Source: an uncultured Actinomycetes bacterium (lineage in GTDB: Bacteria; Actinomycetota; UBA4738; HRBIN12). Taken from it: a DNA stretch of 64,000 nt. Location of the stretch: NCBI GenBank assembly GCA_963704885.1, contig CAVPIB010000004.1, forward strand, positions 352,001 through 416,000, given 5' to 3'. This document shows, piece after piece, positions 57,829-64,000 of the stretch; the stretch's first letter is position 1; each line of letters begins with the position of its first letter. A model generated the notes under the pieces. That model did not search any database. It worked only from the letters and a program-made list of their open reading frames with translations, and was not told the DNA's origin. The position numbers were made by a program, and so were the translations under genes.

Positions 57829-59361
57829 TCACTTGGCGTACTCCACCGCTCGGGTCTCGCGCACCACGGTGATCTTGATCTGGCCTGGGTACTGAAGCTC
57901 CTCCTCCACCTGCTTCGCGATATCCCGCGCGATCATCTGGGCCTGGACGTCGTCCACGTCCTCGGGCACCACCATCACGCGAACCTCCCGCCCCGCCTGC
58001 ATGGCGAACGTCTTCTCCACGCCTGGCTGCGCCGTGCAGATCTCCTCCAGCCGCTCGAGGCGCTTCACGTAGGTCTCGAGCGACTCGCGGCGTGCGCCCG
58101 GACGCCCGCCGCTGATGGAGTCGGCGATCTGCGCCAGGACGGCATCGACCGAATGCTGCTCAACCTCACCATGATGAGACTCGATGCAGTGGACGACCTC
58201 TGGGCTTTCCTTCATCCGGCGCGCGATCTCGGCGCCGATGATGGCGTGAGATCCCTCGATCTCGTGCGTGACCGCCTTCCCGACATCGTGCAGGAACGCC
58301 CCCCGCTTGGCGATGGTCCCATCCACACCGATCTCGGCCGCCAAGGAAGCCGCGATGTGCGCGGACTCCACCAGATGCTTCAACACGTTCTGCCCATACG
58401 AGGTCCGGTATTGGAGACGTCCGAGCAGCTTGATCATCTCGGGGTGGATGTCCGTGATCCCAACCTCCGCGACGGCGTCCTCACCGGCGCGGTGGATCCG
58501 CTCCTCCAACTCGCGCAGCGATCGCTCGTGCACCTCCTCGATCCGGGCCGGGTGGATCCTGCCGTCGGCCACGAGCTTCTCCAAGCTCATCCGCGCCGCC
58601 TCTCGACGCACCGGGTCGAAGCACGACAGCACCACGGCCTCGGGCGTGTCGTCCACGATCAGGTTCACTCCCGTGGTCGCCTCGAACGCCCGGATGTTCC
58701 GGCCCTCCCGGCCGATGATGCGGCCTTTCATATCGTCGCTTGGCAACGCGAAGACCGAGACGGTCGATTCCGCCGTCTGCTCGGAGGCGACGCGCTGGAT
58801 CGCGATCGTCACGATCTTGCGGGCCCGCTCCTCGCCGTCCTCGCGCGCCCGCTGTTCGATCTCGCGCACCTGGCTCATAGCCGCCCGCTTCGCCTCCTCC
58901 AGGACCTGGGCCATCAGGTGATCTCGAGCCTCGCTCGAGGTCATACTGGCTATGCGCTCGAGCTGGGCTCTGTGTTGCTCGGCCGACTTCTCCAACTGTT
59001 CTCTGACGTACTGCAGCTTCTCGTCACGCTCGCTCAGCTCCGCCGCCTTCGCCTCCACCCCGCTCGCCTGCTTGCGGAGATCGGCCTCGAACTCCGCCAT
59101 CCGGCGCTCCAGACGCGTGACCTCTTCGCGCCGCGCGCGGACGTCTTCCTCGGTCTCCCGGCGGATCGTCGCGGCTTCTTCGCGGGCCTGCTGGATCGCC
59201 TCGACCCGAGTTGCATCGGCCTCGCGTTCGGCTTGCAGCATCGACTTCTGGGCACGCGCCTCGACGCTCTGAGCGTTCGAGGTGGCCATCGCCTTGCGGA
59301 TCAGGAACCCCACGGCGATCCCCGCCACCAGGGCGACGACGCCGACCACAACTGGCTCCAT
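57829..59361 (-). CDS. rny: Ribonuclease Y
   Basis: N-terminal TM, coiled coil, KH domain [16 protein letters not shown] motif [28 protein letters not shown] before ATG 59361. Confidence 0.96.
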   Translation of the reverse strand: MEPVVVGVVALVAGIAVGFLIRKAMATSNAQSVEARAQKSMLQAEREADATRVEAIQQAREEAATIRRETEEDVRARREEVTRLERRMAEFEADLRKQASGVEAKAAELSERDEKLQYVREQLEKSAEQHRAQLERIASMTSSEARDHLMAQVLEEAKRAAMSQVREIEQRAREDGEERARKIVTIAIQRVASEQTAESTVSVFALPSDDMKGRIIGREGRNIRAFEATTGVNLIVDDTPEAVVLSCFDPVRREAARMSLEKLVADGRIHPARIEEVHERSLRELEERIHRAGEDAVAEVGITDIHPEMIKLLGRLQYRTSYGQNVLKHLVESAHIAASLAAEIGVDGTIAKRGAFLHDVGKAVTHEIEGSHAIIGAEIARRMKESPEVVHCIESHHGEVEQHSVDAVLAQIADSISGGRPGARRESLETYVKRLERLEEICTAQPGVEKTFAMQAGREVRVMVVPEDVDDVQAQMIARDIAKQVEEELQYPGQIKITVVRETRAVEYAK

Positions 59362-59576
59362 CGTTCCTCCCAACACACGTTGAACGCGTCTTGAGAGAAG
59401 AACCCGAAGGTCCCGCCGTTCGTTAGGGGACGGTGTGCGCGAGCACGGTCACGGTGCGCTATCGGCAAGGGGCGCCGGACGCGCCGCGGTTCGTCGGTCC
59501 TTGGTCGTTCGGTCGGTCGGACTCGCTCACATGGCCTCGTTGTTGAACGTCGGATCTTCGTGCGTTCCTCTCGTGT

Positions 59577-60113
59577 TCACGATGCTACGGCCGCTTGGTC
59601 CAGGAGGCAAGGCCGGGTCGTCGTTAGAGGGTCGAGCGCGAGCGCCCGGCGGGCCGCCCCGCGGGCTACCTCCGGCCCGAAGCCGCGTCGCATCAACAGG
59701 GACGTGAGGCGGGAGAACCCCTTCTGAGGGTCGATGGAGCGCATCCGCGCCGCCCTGCTCGCCGCCAAGGCGTCCGCTCGTGCCTCCTCCTCCTCGGCAT
59801 GCGGATCCACCGTCTCGTCGATGATCTCGCGATCCACTCCGGCCGCCGCGAGCGCGCCGGACACCGCTCGCACGCCCGAACGCTTCACCCCGAAGGCGTG
59901 CTCGGCCAGCTGTCGCGCGAACGCTCGATCGTCCACGAGCCGCACCCGCTCGAGCCGCTCTAGGACCTCACCCACCTCGGTGGAGTCGAAGCCAGCCTGC
60001 AGGAGACGTCGCTCCAATTCCCGGCGGCTACGCGCGCGCACCGCGAGCAAGCCCAGCGCGCGCTCGTGGCAACTCTTTGGATGCTTGGGCTTCCGCGAAG
60101 ACGGAGAGGCCAC
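59577..60113 (-). CDS. recX: Regulatory protein RecX
   Basis: ALGLLAVRARSRRELERRL, LVDDRAFA, LMRRGF. Directly downstream of recA. Confidence 0.9.
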   Translation of the reverse strand: MASPSSRKPKHPKSCHERALGLLAVRARSRRELERRLLQAGFDSTEVGEVLERLERVRLVDDRAFARQLAEHAFGVKRSGVRAVSGALAAAGVDREIIDETVDPHAEEEEARADALAASRAARMRSIDPQKGFSRLTSLLMRRGFGPEVARGAARRALALDPLTTTRPCLLDQAAVAS

Positions 60114-60120
60114 GACGGGC

Positions 60121-61227
60121 TCAGCCGTCGCCGTTGCGCGCCTTCGAGGCCTTCGCCGCGGCGGGGGCCGCAGGAGCCGCGTCCTCCAAGACTAGGTCAG
60201 GCACTATCTCGATCGGTGTCTCATCACCTTCGGTGCCGAAGGACGTGAGCCCGACGGCCTCGCGGACCTTCCGGTCGATCTCGTCGCGCATGTCGATGTG
60301 CTCGACGAGGAACTGCCGGGCGTTCTCGCGCCCCTGCCCCAGCTGCTCCCCTTCGTAGGTGAACCAGGCGCCCGACTTCTTGACGATCTCGAGATCGACA
60401 CCCACATCCAGCAGGGAACCCTCCTTAGAGATGCCCTTCCCGTACATGATGTCGAACTCGCACTGGCGGAACGGCGGGGCGACCTTGTTCTTCACGACCT
60501 TCACCCGCGTGCGCGAACCAACCACATCGGTACCGTCCTTCAGGTTCTCGATCTTCCGTACATCGAGACGTACGGACGAGTAGAACTTGAGGGCGCGGCC
60601 GCCGGGCGTGGTTTCTGGGCTTCCGAACATCACGCCGATCTTCTCGCGGAGCTGGTTGATGAAGATGGCGGACGTGTCGAACTTCGACAGGGTCCCCGCC
60701 AGCTTCCGCATGGCCTGAGACATCAGGCGGGCCTGCAGTCCGACGTGGGTGTCCCCCATCTCGCCTTCGATCTCGGCGCGCGGCACGAGGGCGGCCACCG
60801 AGTCGATGACCACGACGTCGAGGGCGGCCGAGCGGACCAGCATGTCGGCGATCTCGAGGGCCTGCTCGCCGGAGTCCGGCTGGGAGACCAGGAGCTCGTC
60901 GATGTTCACGCCGAGCTCACGGGCGTAGGTGGGATCGAGTGCGTGCTCCGCGTCGATGAAGGCAGCGATGCCGCCCTTGGCCTGTGCTTCGGCGATCATA
61001 TGGAGGCAGACCGTGGTCTTGCCCGAGCCCTCCGGTCCGAACACCTCGATGATGCGGCCGCGAGGGATGCCACCGACTCCGAGCGCGATGTCGAGCGCGA
61101 GGGATCCGGTGGGGATGACGGTGATGCCGGCGCCCATGGGGTGCTCCCCCAACTTCATGACAGCGCCCTTGCCGAACTGCTTCTCGATCTGCTGCAGCGT
61201 GACGTCGAGCATCTTGTCGCGATCCAT
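60121..61227 (-). CDS. recA: Recombinase RecA
   Basis: [66 protein letters not shown]. No intein. Confidence 0.98.
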   Translation of the reverse strand: MDRDKMLDVTLQQIEKQFGKGAVMKLGEHPMGAGITVIPTGSLALDIALGVGGIPRGRIIEVFGPEGSGKTTVCLHMIAEAQAKGGIAAFIDAEHALDPTYARELGVNIDELLVSQPDSGEQALEIADMLVRSAALDVVVIDSVAALVPRAEIEGEMGDTHVGLQARLMSQAMRKLAGTLSKFDTSAIFINQLREKIGVMFGSPETTPGGRALKFYSSVRLDVRKIENLKDGTDVVGSRTRVKVVKNKVAPPFRQCEFDIMYGKGISKEGSLLDVGVDLEIVKKSGAWFTYEGEQLGQGRENARQFLVEHIDMRDEIDRKVREAVGLTSFGTEGDETPIEIVPDLVLEDAAPAAPAAAKASKARNGDG

Positions 61228-61300
61228 CCCTGAAGCCCCCTTCTGACCCCTCGGTTCGCCGGAGAGGAGGATCCGACGGCGCTCGTCTCCCATCGCAGAG

Positions 61301-61322
61301 ACCTTACCGAGTGGCTCCGACA
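61301..61322 (-). promoter_or_regulatory. RecA-NDp (PafBC-type) LexA-independent DNA-damage promoter of recA
   Basis: TGTCGG-AGCCACTCGG-TAAGGT, i.e. TGTCGG-N10-TA-N3-T. Confidence 0.75.
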
Positions 61323-61378
61323 TAACTTACACCCCTGTCATTCGGCGGGTATAGCGCACACAGACGGACGGAGGCTAC

Positions 61379-61394
61379 TCGAACAGGTGTTCGA
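61379..61394. promoter_or_regulatory. LexA box upstream of recA
   Basis: Perfect TCGAAC-AGGT-GTTCGA. Confidence 0.9.
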
Positions 61395-61411
61395 ACACAA
61401 GGACATTCGGT

Positions 61412-61996
61412 CTATCCGCTCAGTGGGAACGCCGCGATCGGCTCGTAGAGAGGCGCCGACCTGCCCAGGTCGCTCTGGTACACCAGGAGCCGCTCGATCG
61501 AGAACGCCTCCGTAAGAAGAGCGGTGGCGCCGTACTCATGCGGTAGGTGGAGCGGCGGCTCGGATCGAGCGACCGTGAGGTGCGCGTGGAAGGCCCGTGC
61601 CTCGACCCGGAACTCCTTCGTGAGCGCAGCGTCGAGATCTCCAGCGAGCGTCCCGAGGCCGTTCGCCGAGTCGTCGATCCCCACCCATAACACCCGGGCA
61701 CGCGCGGCGGAGGGGAACGCGCCGAGCCCGTGGAGCCGCGCAGTCACAGGGACCTGCGATGTCGCCACGCCATCGACCGCCTCGAGCACCCACTCGTGCA
61801 GTCGGGGCCGCGTCGCTCCTAGGAACTTGAGCGTCACATGCCAGTTGGCCGAAGGCACCCACTTCGCGCGCGGGAAGGCGAGACGCCAGGGCTCGATGGC
61901 CTCGTGCACCATCCGCTTGGCCTCGTCGGGGATCTCCACCGCCACGAAGAGCCTGCGCGAGGCGGTCTCGGGACGTGCGGCGCGATCTCCGGCCAC
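61412..61996 (-). CDS. thpR: RNA 2',3'-cyclic phosphodiesterase (2H family)
   Basis: RLFVAV, HVTLKFLG, FP..RARVLWVG, HLTVAR. Start at GTG 61996. Confidence 0.92.
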   Translation of the reverse strand: MAGDRAARPETASRRLFVAVEIPDEAKRMVHEAIEPWRLAFPRAKWVPSANWHVTLKFLGATRPRLHEWVLEAVDGVATSQVPVTARLHGLGAFPSAARARVLWVGIDDSANGLGTLAGDLDAALTKEFRVEARAFHAHLTVARSEPPLHLPHEYGATALLTEAFSIERLLVYQSDLGRSAPLYEPIAAFPLSG

Positions 61997-62007
61997 CAGG
62001 GATCCCC

Positions 62008-63303
62008 TTAGGCCGTGCGGTCGCCACCCGCCACGGGCGCCGCCCCCGGCAGAGGCACCCCTTCCAGGTGCCGGCGGATCAGGTCGAGCGCTGCCTGTTC
62101 GGCCCATCTGCGAACCCGATCGCGTTCGCCTGTCACCCGGACCTCCCGAGCGTGACCGATGCCGTCCGCGTCTAGCCCGATCCACACCGAGCCGGGAAGA
62201 GCACTGCCGTGCGGCTCGGGCCCGGCGGCCCCGGTCAGCGACAGGCCGACGTCTACGCCGAACACGCGGCGAACACCGGACGCCATCTCGAGCGCGCAGG
62301 TCTCGCTCACGGCGCCCGGACCATCGAGCGTTGCCCGCGAGACGCCCAACAGCTCTCGCTTCGCATGGGCCGTGTAGACGACCGCCGCCCCCGCGAAGTA
62401 GGCGGAGGCCCCCGGGACTGACGTTATCCGTGCTCCAACAGATCCCCCCGTGAGGGACTCGGCGATAGCCATCCGCCTGCCCGAGGCCAGCAACAACCGG
62501 CCGACCGCCTCCTCGAGCGTCTCGTCGGTGGTCGTGAAGACTTCGTCGCCCAAGCGGCGCCGGACCTCAGCGACCAGCGGCTCCAGTAGCGCCTCCGCCC
62601 GCTCGACGTCTGCGGCTTTGGCGGTGAGTCGCACCTTGACCTCGCTCGTGGAGGCCAGGTACGCCACGCTGGGGTTGGAGGAGGCCTCGAACAGATCCTG
62701 CAGCATCTCGGCCACTCGCGATTCGCCCAGGCTCGCGCTCCTGAGCGTCCGGGAGACGATCGTGGCCGGCCCCGCCAGTTCCGCGAGCTCCGGCAGGATC
62801 GTTCCCTCCATCATCTCCTCCATCTCCGCGGGCACCCCCGGGACCGCGTACAGACGCTTCCCCCCTGGGAGCTCGGCCACGAGTCCGGGAGCCGTTCCCC
62901 GGTCGGGGGTGATGGTCCGCATCCCGGCGGGGACGTCGGCCTGTCGGAGGTTGCTCAGGGGCATGTCACGGCCGAACGCCGCGAACTTCTCCCGGAGCAT
63001 CTCCTCTATCTCGGGATGGCGGAGCATCGGGACATCAGCCAAAGCGGCGATCGCGTCGCGCGTCAGATCGTCCTCGGTCGGTCCGAGCCCACCGGTCACC
63101 AACACGATGTCCACACGTTGCAGCGAGGACCGCAGCACGCTCACGACCCGATCCAGATTGTCGCCCACGACTTGGTGGAAGAGGACGTCGACGCCGATCG
63201 TCGCCAGCCGCTCAGAGATCCAGCGGGCGTTGGTGTTCGAGATCTGACCGAGCAGGAGTTCGGTGCCGACCCCCACGATCTCTGCGCTCAGGCCTGGTTC
63301 GAT
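62008..63303 (-). CDS. cinA: Competence/damage-inducible protein CinA (MoCF-like domain + NMN deamidase)
   Basis: GTELLLGQ..NTN, VGDN, GGLGPTEDDLT, GTAPG, PGVP.EM, AESLTGG, GAVS, TGAAGP. Start uncertain: ATC at 63303 follows GAGGAGG. Confidence 0.93.
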   Translation of the reverse strand: MEPGLSAEIVGVGTELLLGQISNTNARWISERLATIGVDVLFHQVVGDNLDRVVSVLRSSLQRVDIVLVTGGLGPTEDDLTRDAIAALADVPMLRHPEIEEMLREKFAAFGRDMPLSNLRQADVPAGMRTITPDRGTAPGLVAELPGGKRLYAVPGVPAEMEEMMEGTILPELAELAGPATIVSRTLRSASLGESRVAEMLQDLFEASSNPSVAYLASTSEVKVRLTAKAADVERAEALLEPLVAEVRRRLGDEVFTTTDETLEEAVGRLLLASGRRMAIAESLTGGSVGARITSVPGASAYFAGAAVVYTAHAKRELLGVSRATLDGPGAVSETCALEMASGVRRVFGVDVGLSLTGAAGPEPHGSALPGSVWIGLDADGIGHAREVRVTGERDRVRRWAEQAALDLIRRHLEGVPLPGAAPVAGGDRTA

Positions 63304-63305
63304 GG

Positions 63306-63998
63306 TTAGGCCTCCTCGGTCGTGTCGAAGCTGAACGTGTCTGTCCATGGCTGGCCGGGTTGACCGGCGATCCCCAGGTCCACTCCGTTCACGGAGACGC
63401 GAAGTGCGCCACCGTCGCTGGCTCGCAGCTCAAGCTCTGACTGGGCCATGAAGCTGCGGGTCTCCCCCGCCTCCATGGAGTAGGCCGACTCGACGCCGTC
63501 CGCCACGACCGTGATGTCCAAGGCCGACACGGCCTCGATCACCGCGTCGATCGCGCGATCGAGGGGGTCCGGATCGGCGGCTACGGTGGGCAGCGTGGCA
63601 GGGGTTGGCGCGGAATGACCTCGAGACAGGAATCCGAACACGATCGCGAACACCAAGATCACGCCGGTCAAGAAGATCATCAGCCGTTGGTTGTCCCGGA
63701 TCCTGGTCGCGGCGATGGCCCGCTCCACGCGCCCGAGCTTCGCGGGTGGCGGTGGCGGCGCAGGCTCAGCGGCGTGTTGCGCGTACGCCCCGATCACCTT
63801 CTCTGGCGAGAGCCCGAGGTACTGGGCGTAGGTGCGGAGCGAGCCCCGAACGTAGACATCGCCGAGCAGCGCCCCGAACGATTCTGATTCGAGCGCATGT
63901 AGCTGATCTATAGGGATCTTGGTGTCGCGGCTCGCCGCGTCGAGGGTGATGCCCCGTCGTTCACGTGCCTTCCGCAACGCGGGGCCGACCCCGATCAT
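63306..63998 (-). CDS. RodZ-like HTH + TM + DUF4115 protein (5' end may extend beyond the window)
   Basis: GPALRKARERRGITL, ALE...VYVRGSLRTYAQYLGL, TM segment, DGGALRVSVNG. Confidence 0.85.
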   Translation of the reverse strand: MIGVGPALRKARERRGITLDAASRDTKIPIDQLHALESESFGALLGDVYVRGSLRTYAQYLGLSPEKVIGAYAQHAAEPAPPPPPAKLGRVERAIAATRIRDNQRLMIFLTGVILVFAIVFGFLSRGHSAPTPATLPTVAADPDPLDRAIDAVIEAVSALDITVVADGVESAYSMEAGETRSFMAQSELELRASDGGALRVSVNGVDLGIAGQPGQPWTDTFSFDTTEEA

Positions 63999-64000
63999 CG

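Noticed and set aside
44695-61227. Inteins or introns in nrdJ and recA; cobalamin riboswitch before nrdJ
   Set aside because: Protein lengths and motifs are contiguous, and the nrdJ leader lacks a B12 box.

Overview
This is a GC-rich, gene-dense core chromosomal segment of an Actinomycetota bacterium, probably an uncultured lineage outside the Actinomycetes (inference from type IVa pili, rny and an enterobacterial-type DapD alongside actinobacterial synteny). Almost all genes are on the minus strand. From right to left: rodZ-like, cinA, thpR, recA, recX, rny, miaB, miaA, dapF/E/C/D, hflX; lexA and a SIS protein (+); LysM, nrdR, nrdJ, VOC, dut; four tRNAs (Gly, Cys, Val, Val) with orphan small ORFs between the two Val genes; ABC exporter, thrS, HIT, hydrolase, EF-G2 (+); pgsA-like, acyltransferase, pimA-like, lemA, htpX, DUF3048, pdxST, yebC, ruvCAB, yajC, HD, secDF, apt, rel, dtd, MBL, hisS, aspS, PPOX, rarA, alaS, ruvX, mltG, aroE; then a type IVa pilus locus (roadblock-like gene, pilB, pilT, pilC, pilin). 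I saw no mobile element, CRISPR array or defence system. The most unusual signals are: (1) a SecD with a ~185-aa insertion of five Cys-pair repeats; (2) a T4aP locus headed by a roadblock/MglB-like protein, with sigma28/WhiG-type promoters and an MshEN-type PilB; (3) DNA-metabolism regulatory sites, including LexA boxes, a PafBC-type RecA-NDp promoter, tandem NrdR boxes, helically phased DnaA-box-like 9-mers and an unassigned palindrome shared by nrdJ and recA; (4) a PgsA-like protein that has lost half of its catalytic motif. Several single-base frameshifts may be assembly errors. All calls are by eye, with no database searches run.
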